Assembly: GCA_964565125.1 (NCBI GenBank)
Contig: CAZMCX010000009.1
Location: forward strand, 2,201 to 16,956
Direction: 5' to 3'
Origin: an uncultured archaeon
GTDB taxonomy: Archaea > Iainarchaeota > Iainarchaeia > Iainarchaeales > 0-14-0-20-30-16
DNA: 14,756 bases
The notes under the pieces are model-generated. The model did not search any database and was not told where the DNA came from. It was given only the letters and a program-made list of their open reading frames with translations. Position numbers and translations under genes: made by a program. Below, in pieces: positions 6,061-13,670 of this stretch. Numbering within the stretch: position 1 is the first letter of the stretch; each line of letters starts with the position of its first letter.

Positions 6061-9000
6061 TCACTTTGGAACAGTATAATAAGTAATCTTTTTCTTTCCT
6101 CTTTTTTTGAATGTTAAGGTATATAAGGCGTACCCAATCCCACAAAATATTACTATACATAAACCATATATCGCTGTTTTTGAAGTTGTAGTTACTGCTC
6201 CCGCCATTGCTTTTTTTGCATTTATTATTGCATTAAAATAATCTCTATTTTCCAAATTTGTTTTTGCATCATAAAGCAAACTTTTGTCCCCATTCCCTGC
6301 TTCCGCAATGGCGATGTTTTTTGTTGCCAAATTATCCAAATTTGTTTCGATGTCATCAATATTTTTACTTGCAAGTTGATAATTAAAAATGGTTTTATCT
6401 AATTTTTTAGAATCAAAACTATTTATTGCTTTAAATTGATCTTTTTGGTAATCTTTTTTGAATTCCCCCTCCATAAAATTCAATGCCACAATATCTTTTG
6501 ATACTGAGTCTAAAATCGATTTATTATTTTTTAAATCCGATAATGTAATTGGAATTTTTTCATATTTTTTTGCGAGATCAAAATTTGTAGAATTAAATAA
6601 GCCAAGTAAAAAATTATACTTATTCCAAACTGGATCCAAATTATTTTTTATATCGGTTACCTTTGTGAATCTTGTTAAAATATTTTCGCTAAATTCAGAA
6701 ACCTTTGTGTTGACAATAGTTTTATTCTGTGTCAACACCGCCTCTATTTCTGTTATTGTATTGAATAAAGTATTATAATCTTCAAAATATAAACTTTCTT
6801 TTGCAGAATCAAAAACATCCTGATTTTCATAAAAACTTAAATCTAATGCTTTTGCTTTGTTTTGTAAATCAATATATGTTTTTTGGTAATCTTCAATTAG
6901 CGATTCTAAATTTTTTGTGTACTTATCACGCACATTTTCTAGTTTTGGAATATCCGAATCTTCCTGTAACTGTCCTAGTACCCCGATCTGTTCATTTAAT
7001 TTTGCCAAATCAACTGTAATTTCAGTCTGCGAAAATTCTTTTATTAATCCATTTTTAGTTATATTCCCTGAATTGTTTTTTAATTGTTCTAAAAAGCTTT
7101 TTTGATTTTGTAGTTTTTTGATGCTTAATTCTTTTTCTTCCGCCCAAATTAAAAATCGATTATTTTTTATTATAAGTTCTGATGCTGATTTATTTAGACT
7201 TGTTAATTCGTCAAAGGCAAGTTTGTTGTTTTTTGGGTCAATAGTTTCTAAATCTGAAATTTGTTTTAAAAGATTGCTCGCCATGTTTTTTACTGTATTG
7301 CTCCCTGAATCAATCAAATCTGAAATGGTTGTTTTTATGTTAGTAAGTTCGAAAATAAATTTCTTTTGTTCATCTTTTGCATAAAATAAAACAGAATACC
7401 GCTCTTTAGATAATGCCCCTAGATTTGCATAAAAAACGAAGCCATCAACCGTTTTTATTATTTTATATTCTTTTCCGGAAGAGTCAAAAATGGATGGGCT
7501 TTGTGTAGTTGTATCATAATAAAAATTCAAGTTAATTGCTAAGTTGTTTTGGGTTATTGGGATTGTATTTTCTAGTTCCAGAATATATTTGTATCTCGTA
7601 ACATTTTCAGAAATCTTGTTTGTACTTTCTAGTAATAAACTCTGTTTTATTGCATTGTAAAAATAGTATTTTATAAAAATACATTCGTCCTTTTTGAAAG
7701 TTTGGTTCCATAAACTGATTTTGTTATCTGTTAAATAATACTTAATATCTTTGCCATAGTCTGAATAAATGTTAATTTTGTCTGCAGAATATATTTTGTC
7801 AAAAACAGGGCTTGAATTATCATTCTTAAAACAAAACTTTTGTGATATTTCTAGGCCCGCAGAATAATTAGTTTCTTGTTTTTCTTGTTTATAATCTTCA
7901 AATTCTATTGTTAAACTAGTTAATTTTTTTAAACAATTAAAGATCAAATCGCAATAATTGTCTTTGCAGGTATAATTGTCTAAACATTGCCCAGATAATC
8001 CAACAATTTTGTAATTTGTTTTTATTTTTGCGGCTATTTTGTTATCATAACTAAAACCAACGTCAAATATTAGGCTGCTATGTGATAATTTTGCTTTATT
8101 TACTAAATGGCAAGATAAAGACTCTGCCAAAATTTCTGCACTTTTTGTATTCCAATAATTTATTTTTTTAGTTATTTCTTTTAGGCCGAAATCAGTAATG
8201 CTTTCTGCAATTTCCATATTTCCCTTGATTTGTTTCCGGAATTCAAGTAAATCGTAAGATTCCGGTTTTGTACAAATTGGACTTTTGTAATTAATTATGC
8301 TGAGTTTTTCACTTGTTTCTGTAATATTACTTTTTAATTCACCAAAGGTCGTGTTATCTAAATATAAAAAAATATTGGTTTTTAGATTTTGTAACTCTTC
8401 GCAAGAAAATTTAGGGTCAAAGTTATATTCTAAGCCAAGTTCACCAATCAGCTTTTTGAGTTCAAAATCACAATTCGTTTTGCCAATATTTTCCAAGCTT
8501 TTTAAAAAGTAATAACAGTTAGTAATATCTTTAGAATTTTTAAACTTGTTAAAATAATAATTTAAAGCAGGATTTTCTTTATTTTCTGCGATTATAGAAT
8601 TTAGTTCAGAACTGCATAAAAAAGAAATTAGGTTGTTGTTTTCTGTTTGTTTGTTTTTATAACTTTTTATGTTTTTTATATCATTCTCAATTTTATTTAT
8701 TGAGTAATACCTCTTTCCAAGTGATTGATCCAAGTTCTGCAATTCAAGTTTTAAATTCTGAATCTTTTCAGAATAATCTATTTTTGTAGTATCTATTTTG
8801 AAATATGAAAGTAGATAAACCCCAATATCGTCATCTTCTTTTAGTTCCTTTAATTCATCAAGTTCTTTTTCTAAATTAATTTTTTTAGTTTTCAAAACTT
8901 TTTCTAGAGAACTTATTTCGTTGTCTAAATTGGAAATGCCGGCAGTTAAATTATTTATTAAAGACCCCTTATATCCAAATAAACTTGAATACTCTTTTAC

Positions 9001-9843
9001 AAAATCACTCAAATTAAAATATTGTTCAAACACAGAACGCAAATCGTCATAACTTATGTTGTCAGAACCAAAAACACAATCATAAATGGCGTCAGCAAAT
9101 ATAGATAATAACGTGTTTTCTGGCAAATAATCTTCTGTAGAGCCAAACAACTTTTCTTGTAATAACCCGTATTTTATTATGTTTTTATAGCTATTAACCG
9201 CCTGGCCCGAAACTTTGCCCTGCGCATACAAATAGTTCTTATTAAATGACGCCCAATAGTTGTATTTTGTTTGTTGTAAATCAAATTCCTTGCTAACTAT
9301 TACAAAGTCACTCATGATAGTATTCCAATTATCAGTAATGTCTGTATAAAGTCTATAGATTTCTGTATCTGCCATTAGATTTATGTCATTGTTTTCTAAA
9401 GTATTTTTTATTGTGCCTAACAATACAGTTTGTCTATACCCTAAATTTGCTAAGTCTTTAGAGCTCAATTTTGAATAAGAATACAAATATTGTAACTCAG
9501 TAATAAAATCTTTTGATGTCGGATCTTCACAATTAGAGTTTATCTTTTTTGTAGTTTCTAGTAAATTACTTATTCCAACCCACGAATCAACAATCGATTT
9601 TTCATAAATTGATTTTGCTAATTCTAGTTTTTGTAATGTTTCGGACTTTATTGACAATCCGAAATTAGAATTATATTCAGTATGGCATTTTGTTGCAGTT
9701 AAACAGTCCGGAGTATCGTCGTAGGATATATTTGTTTTGTTGTTACATAAAGAAATTAAATTTGTTTTTTCTTTTTCATCAATACAGCCGGCAAGGAAAA
9801 GTAAAAGTGCAACTATAACCCAGATTAACCAACCATATTTCAT
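6061..9843 (-). CDS. Giant (1260 aa) surface protein: lipobox signal peptide, coiled-coil/Asn-Lys-rich ectodomain, C-terminal TM anchor
   Basis: Long uninterrupted ORF in AT-rich DNA. The N-terminus MKYGWLIWVIVALLLFLAGC carries a lipobox-like LAGC. Many N-x-S/T sequons and paired Cys residues. Heptad-like Leu/Glu/Lys stretches. The C-terminus is AIYGLCIVIFCGIGYALYTLTF followed by KKRGKKK. I recognise no catalytic domain. Confidence 0.85.
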   Translation of the reverse strand: MKYGWLIWVIVALLLFLAGCIDEKEKTNLISLCNNKTNISYDDTPDCLTATKCHTEYNSNFGLSIKSETLQKLELAKSIYEKSIVDSWVGISNLLETTKKINSNCEDPTSKDFITELQYLYSYSKLSSKDLANLGYRQTVLLGTIKNTLENNDINLMADTEIYRLYTDITDNWNTIMSDFVIVSKEFDLQQTKYNYWASFNKNYLYAQGKVSGQAVNSYKNIIKYGLLQEKLFGSTEDYLPENTLLSIFADAIYDCVFGSDNISYDDLRSVFEQYFNLSDFVKEYSSLFGYKGSLINNLTAGISNLDNEISSLEKVLKTKKINLEKELDELKELKEDDDIGVYLLSYFKIDTTKIDYSEKIQNLKLELQNLDQSLGKRYYSINKIENDIKNIKSYKNKQTENNNLISFLCSSELNSIIAENKENPALNYYFNKFKNSKDITNCYYFLKSLENIGKTNCDFELKKLIGELGLEYNFDPKFSCEELQNLKTNIFLYLDNTTFGELKSNITETSEKLSIINYKSPICTKPESYDLLEFRKQIKGNMEIAESITDFGLKEITKKINYWNTKSAEILAESLSCHLVNKAKLSHSSLIFDVGFSYDNKIAAKIKTNYKIVGLSGQCLDNYTCKDNYCDLIFNCLKKLTSLTIEFEDYKQEKQETNYSAGLEISQKFCFKNDNSSPVFDKIYSADKINIYSDYGKDIKYYLTDNKISLWNQTFKKDECIFIKYYFYNAIKQSLLLESTNKISENVTRYKYILELENTIPITQNNLAINLNFYYDTTTQSPSIFDSSGKEYKIIKTVDGFVFYANLGALSKERYSVLFYAKDEQKKFIFELTNIKTTISDLIDSGSNTVKNMASNLLKQISDLETIDPKNNKLAFDELTSLNKSASELIIKNNRFLIWAEEKELSIKKLQNQKSFLEQLKNNSGNITKNGLIKEFSQTEITVDLAKLNEQIGVLGQLQEDSDIPKLENVRDKYTKNLESLIEDYQKTYIDLQNKAKALDLSFYENQDVFDSAKESLYFEDYNTLFNTITEIEAVLTQNKTIVNTKVSEFSENILTRFTKVTDIKNNLDPVWNKYNFLLGLFNSTNFDLAKKYEKIPITLSDLKNNKSILDSVSKDIVALNFMEGEFKKDYQKDQFKAINSFDSKKLDKTIFNYQLASKNIDDIETNLDNLATKNIAIAEAGNGDKSLLYDAKTNLENRDYFNAIINAKKAMAGAVTTTSKTAIYGLCIVIFCGIGYALYTLTFKKRGKKKITYYTVPK

Positions 9844-9869
9844 TTAGCAAAATATATATGCAAAACAAG

Positions 9870-9877
9870 TATATAAA
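9870..9877 (-). promoter_or_regulatory. TATA box candidate (TTTATATA on the minus strand) for the giant surface-protein gene
   Basis: Consensus-like archaeal TATA centred about 30 nt upstream of the ATG at 9843, with no SD. This implies a very short leader or none. Confidence 0.4.
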
Positions 9878-9883
9878 TTTTGC

Positions 9884-9905
9884 TATTAGAAAAGAGTTTT
9901 TTGTC
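9884..9905. repeat. 22-bp direct repeat, copy 1 (intergenic duplicate of the mutS 3' end)
   Basis: tattagaaaagagttttttgtc is identical to 9962-9983. The offset is 78 bp (26 codons), in frame with mutS. Confidence 0.9.
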
Positions 9906-9907
9906 AA

Positions 9908-9939
9908 GAAAGCAATTTTGTGTAAAACAAAATTGTTTC
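9908..9939 (-). terminator. Hairpin downstream of mutS (possible terminator)
   Basis: Perfect 9-bp stem caattttgt (9913-9921) / acaaaattg (9927-9935) with loop gtaaa, extendable by 2-3 more pairs past one mismatch. It lies between the two 22-bp repeats. Confidence 0.4.
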
Positions 9940-9961
9940 AGGACCTAAAATCTTTTCTAGT

Positions 9962-9983
9962 TATTAGAAAAGAGTTTTTTGTC
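9962..9983. repeat. 22-bp direct repeat, copy 2 (covers the last mutS codons QKTLF and the stop)
   Basis: Identical to 9884-9905. The minus strand reads gac aaa aaa... within GGA CAA AAA ACT CTT TTC TAA. Confidence 0.9.
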
Positions 9984-12411
9984 CAGTTAATTTCTTTATG
10001 GTAATTTCTTCAGGTGTTTCTTTTTTATTAATATTTAATTCCATTTGTGACTCAATTACTTTTGCCCTTTCAATTACTTGTTTTGGAATTCCTGCAAGCT
10101 TTGCAACCTCAATTCCATAACTTTTATCTACACTTCCGCGTAGAATTTTTCTTAAAAATATTATTTCCCCGTTGTGCTCTTTTACGGAAATGTGGTAATT
10201 TTTTATGCCTGCAAATTTTTCCTCTAATTCCGTAATCTGATAATAGTGTGTTGCAAATAAAGTTTTTGCTTTTATCTTTTCAAAAATGTACTCAACTACG
10301 GACCAGGCAATGCTTAAGCCATCAAAAGTCGATGTTCCCCTTCCAACTTCATCTAAAATAACAAAACTTCTTTCGGTTGCATTATTTAAAATATTTGCAA
10401 CTTCATTCATTTCAACCATGAATGTACTTTGTCCCATTGCCAAATTATCTCGTGCACCAATTCTTGTAAAAATCCGGTCTACTAACCCAATATTTGCTTT
10501 TTCAGCAGGTACAAAAGAACCCATTTGCGCCATTAGAATTATTAGGGCATTTTGCCTAAGATATGTTGACTTTCCAGCCATATTTGGGCCTGTGAGAATC
10601 ATAATATTTTGCTCGCTTTTGTCAAGAAATAAATTATTTTTTATGAAGTCATTTTCTTCTATTTTTTCTATTACTGGGTGCCGCCCATTAATTATTTCTA
10701 AATTGTAATTTTCTGAAATTGTTGGCTTTAAGTAATTATTTTTTATTGCAGTTATCGCCATCGAATTAAAAAAATCAATTTCCTCAATCCCCTTTGCAAT
10801 ATTATACAATTCGACAATTTTTAAATTAATTTCCTCAACAATCTTTTGGAACAAATCATATTCCAAGGTCTTGGCCTTTTCTTCTGAACTTAAATATGTA
10901 TCTTCTAATAATTTTAGTTCTTCTGTAATATACCTTTCTGCATTTACTAATGTTTGTTTTCTAATATAATTTTCTGGAACTTTTTCATTTAATTTTGGAA
11001 CTTCTATAAAATATCCAAACACTTTATTGTATTTTACTTTCAAACCTTTTATGCTTGTTTTTTCACGCTCACTTTTTTCAATTGCAAGGATTTTGTCACT
11101 TATGTTTTCCTTTATGTCTTTTAATTCATCTATTATTTGATTAAATCCCCTTTTTATAATTCCACCGTCCCTTAATAACATGGGTGGCTCATTGACTATG
11201 CTTGTATCGATAAGTTTTCCAATATCCAATATATCTTGATTTAATTCAAAATCAAAATTTTCAATTTTTTCACAAAATGATTTTAATTGTGGTAAAACAA
11301 ATATTGCATTTTTTAAACCAATTAAATCTCTTGCATTCGCAGTATTCATGGCTATTTTTGAAAGAATTCTTTCGATATCCGGAATTTGTTTTAATATGTC
11401 CGCAAGGTCATAAAACAATTGCGAATTTATTATTGTTTCAATTTTGTTTAGCCTTGTATCAATTTTGTGCTTGTTTAATAACGGCTTTAGTATTTCTCGT
11501 TTTAACATCCTTGCGCCCATAGATGTATTTGTGTTGTCTAAAACCCCAAGTAGAGTGTGCTTTCGAGTTCTATCAAAATTATTTTCTATTAATTCTAAAT
11601 TTTGCACTGTTTGTGAATCTAGGTACATAAATTCGTGTATGCTGTACTTTTTTATTGTTTTTATATGGTTGATTTTGCTTTTTTGTGTTATTCTAAAATA
11701 ATATAGTAATGCCCCCGCTGACGCAATAATTAAATCTTTGTTACTGATTTCAAATCCATCCAAAGATAAAACATTAAAATGGTTTTTTAGTTCTTCTAAT
11801 CCAAAATCTTTATTAAAAAACACAAATGAAAATGGGCTTATTGCAGAATTTGTAACTTTTTTGATTCTATTAATTGTATTGTCACTTGTATTATCTGGTA
11901 AAATTATCTCTGCGGGCTGTATTTTTATTAATTCGTGTATTAATTCCTCTAAATCATTTAATTCTGTAACTTTGAATTCTCCTGTGGAAATGTCAGATAT
12001 TGTTAATCCAATTTTTTCTGATAAACACAAACTTACAATGTAGTTATTTGTTTTTGAATCTAAAAAATCTCCGTTTAACACAGTCCCAGGGGTTATTGTT
12101 CGTAAAACATCTCTTTTTACTAGTCGGCCTTTGGCAAGTTTAGGATCTTCCATTTGTTCTACTATAGTTACGGTGTATCCGGCTTTAATTAGTTTTGCTA
12201 GGTAGTTATCCAAGGCATGGTATGGTATTCCTGCTAACGGAACCCCTTGCGTTCCCCTTTTTGTCAAAGTGATGTTCAAAACTTTGGATGCAACCTTTGC
12301 ATCGTCAAAAAAAGTTTCATAGAAATCGCCCATCCTAAAAAGAAGTAATGATGTTGGATATTCTCTCTTTACTTTTACAAACTGCTTCATTGCAGGAGTT
12401 AAATCATTCAT
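9964..12411 (-). CDS. mutS: DNA mismatch repair protein MutS (bacterial MutS1 type)
   Basis: N-terminal mismatch-binding domain TPAMKQFVKVKREYPTSLLLFRMGDFYETFFDDA, with the Phe-x-Glu motif intact. Walker A TGPNMAGKSTYLRQ. ILDEVGRGTSTFDGLSIA. THYYQITELE. The maximal ORF starts at 12450 (828 aa). I prefer the ATG at 12411 (MNDLTPAM...) because it aligns with bacterial MutS N-termini and sits about 26 nt downstream of a TATA box. Confidence 0.93.
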   Translation of the reverse strand: MNDLTPAMKQFVKVKREYPTSLLLFRMGDFYETFFDDAKVASKVLNITLTKRGTQGVPLAGIPYHALDNYLAKLIKAGYTVTIVEQMEDPKLAKGRLVKRDVLRTITPGTVLNGDFLDSKTNNYIVSLCLSEKIGLTISDISTGEFKVTELNDLEELIHELIKIQPAEIILPDNTSDNTINRIKKVTNSAISPFSFVFFNKDFGLEELKNHFNVLSLDGFEISNKDLIIASAGALLYYFRITQKSKINHIKTIKKYSIHEFMYLDSQTVQNLELIENNFDRTRKHTLLGVLDNTNTSMGARMLKREILKPLLNKHKIDTRLNKIETIINSQLFYDLADILKQIPDIERILSKIAMNTANARDLIGLKNAIFVLPQLKSFCEKIENFDFELNQDILDIGKLIDTSIVNEPPMLLRDGGIIKRGFNQIIDELKDIKENISDKILAIEKSEREKTSIKGLKVKYNKVFGYFIEVPKLNEKVPENYIRKQTLVNAERYITEELKLLEDTYLSSEEKAKTLEYDLFQKIVEEINLKIVELYNIAKGIEEIDFFNSMAITAIKNNYLKPTISENYNLEIINGRHPVIEKIEENDFIKNNLFLDKSEQNIMILTGPNMAGKSTYLRQNALIILMAQMGSFVPAEKANIGLVDRIFTRIGARDNLAMGQSTFMVEMNEVANILNNATERSFVILDEVGRGTSTFDGLSIAWSVVEYIFEKIKAKTLFATHYYQITELEEKFAGIKNYHISVKEHNGEIIFLRKILRGSVDKSYGIEVAKLAGIPKQVIERAKVIESQMELNINKKETPEEITIKKLTGQKTLF

Positions 12412-12432
12412 ATATACAATTTGGGAAAACTG

Positions 12433-12441
12433 TTTTATATT
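12433..12441 (-). promoter_or_regulatory. TATA box candidate (AATATAAAA on the minus strand) for mutS
   Basis: Centred about 26 nt upstream of the ATG at 12411. No comparable element lies upstream of the alternative ATG at 12450, which is only 15 nt from the tnpB stop. Confidence 0.4.
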
Positions 12442-12620
12442 GCTTTTCATTCATGTATACCTTTGTCAATTACCTACCATTTCAATGGTAGGCTTGTAAC
12501 TATCCTTAACTACTTTCTTAGTCTCATCGGATGCTACGATTGGCTGATTGACATACAGCCTACTAATCTCAGATTTACCAAGATTAGCGATATTTCGTGA
12601 AGCATTTAAGTCTGAATGCA
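12442..12620 (-). ncRNA. Predicted TnpB guide RNA (omega RNA / reRNA) region; boundaries approximate
   Basis: Established: TnpB omega RNAs are transcribed from the 3' end of tnpB through the IS right end. Seen: a perfect 8-bp hairpin cctaccat-ttca-atggtagg at 12473-12492 overlaps the last tnpB codons. No covariance or expression evidence is available. Confidence 0.3.
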
Positions 12621-13605
12621 ATTCAAATCCGCATTTCTGACATTTGAATACAGCTCCTTTTCTATTTGTTTTTTCTTGATGATTGCAAACAGAACACATT
12701 TGGCTTGTATATTTTGGATTCACATTCAAAACTATCTTTCCTAATGCTTCACATTTGTATTTTAGAAACATCTCAAATTGCTTGAATGACCAATTACCTA
12801 TTTTCTTGTTGAATTTTTTACCCAACTTCTTATTGGTCATTCTTTTCAAGTTTTCAAGGACAAATACTTTGAAATCACTATTTGCTAATGTTTTACCCAA
12901 ACAATGATTTGTATCTAAGACAAACCGTTTTTCCTTTCCAGATAGTTTTTTCAGATGTCTTCTGGATGAAGGACTGCCTTTGCTTTGCAATACAGATTTA
13001 AGGTATTGGTATTGCCCTTTGACCTTCTTGAGATGCTTGCTGTTAAAAAACTGATTATTAGAACAAACTAAGATGTTGTTGACTCCTCTATCTATCCCCA
13101 ATATTTCATTTTCTGTAAACTCTATTACTTTCGGATTTTCTTTTTCTACCACTACATTCAAATAGAGATTGCTATTTTTATATAAAAGAGCCCCTGCAAT
13201 CGGTTTCCATTCTTTATATTTTAATGATTGAGGATTATCTTTGAAGTTAATTTTTAGACGGCCAGAACCGGAAGAAATAGAAATCAAATTGTCTTCGAAC
13301 TTTATACTCAAATTTCTTTTGTCCAATCTCACAGAAGTATATTGTTTTGTTTTTATATTCTTTTTTAATTTTGTTCTTTTCAAAGTTTCGGCAGAAACAT
13401 CTCTGACTGTTTGAATTAAAGCAGAAGGAAAATCAGGATATTTTTTTCTTATTTTATAGTAAGTTAATTTATGCAATTCGACTTTATTGAATGTTTTGCT
13501 TTTCAATCCGACTCCTAAAATATATTTGTAAATTTCGGAGTAAGTTTGAATTGTCTTAATTAATGCCTTATTGTTGTCTAATCTGATTTTGACTGTTCTT
13601 TGCAT
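12466..13605 (-). CDS. tnpB: TnpB (IS200/IS605-family OrfB, RuvC-like RNA-guided nuclease)
   Basis: 379 aa. RuvC-I GID(172)RGVNN. RuvC-II FVLE(251)NLK. Zinc ribbon C304SVC...C322QKC. RuvC-III HSD(332)LNASRNIA. Typical N-terminus MQRTVKIRLD. All catalytic positions appear intact. Confidence 0.92.
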   Translation of the reverse strand: MQRTVKIRLDNNKALIKTIQTYSEIYKYILGVGLKSKTFNKVELHKLTYYKIRKKYPDFPSALIQTVRDVSAETLKRTKLKKNIKTKQYTSVRLDKRNLSIKFEDNLISISSGSGRLKINFKDNPQSLKYKEWKPIAGALLYKNSNLYLNVVVEKENPKVIEFTENEILGIDRGVNNILVCSNNQFFNSKHLKKVKGQYQYLKSVLQSKGSPSSRRHLKKLSGKEKRFVLDTNHCLGKTLANSDFKVFVLENLKRMTNKKLGKKFNKKIGNWSFKQFEMFLKYKCEALGKIVLNVNPKYTSQMCSVCNHQEKTNRKGAVFKCQKCGFELHSDLNASRNIANLGKSEISRLYVNQPIVASDETKKVVKDSYKPTIEMVGN

Positions 13606-13641
13606 AAGAATATTATAGTAATATAGGTATCTAAATGCATC

Positions 13642-13649
13642 TTTATATA
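13642..13649 (+). promoter_or_regulatory. TATA box candidate for tnpA
   Basis: tttatata is centred about 26 nt upstream of the ATG at 13671. This favours that ATG over the GTG at 13662. Confidence 0.4.
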
Positions 13650-13670
13650 TATTATTATTAAGTGGTATAT

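Noticed and set aside
6458-8512. Plus-strand ORFs 6458..6778, 6801..7019, 6917..7105, 7118..7384 and 8297..8512
   Set aside because: They are antisense shadows of the uninterrupted 1260-aa minus-strand ORF, with Phe/Leu/Ser-rich low-complexity translations.
9884-10039. A 78-bp tandem duplication at the mutS 3' end
   Set aside because: Only the 22-bp ends match. The sequence after copy 1 (9906-9961) has no similarity to that after copy 2 (9984-10039), so this is not a simple tandem duplication.
10047-12043. Plus-strand ORFs inside mutS (10047..10235, 10286..10708, 11277..11522, 11444..11701, 11738..12043)
   Set aside because: They are antisense to a full-length, motif-complete MutS, with no independent signals.
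12683-12907. Plus-strand ORF 12683..12907
   Set aside because: It lies antisense within tnpB and has a low-complexity translation.
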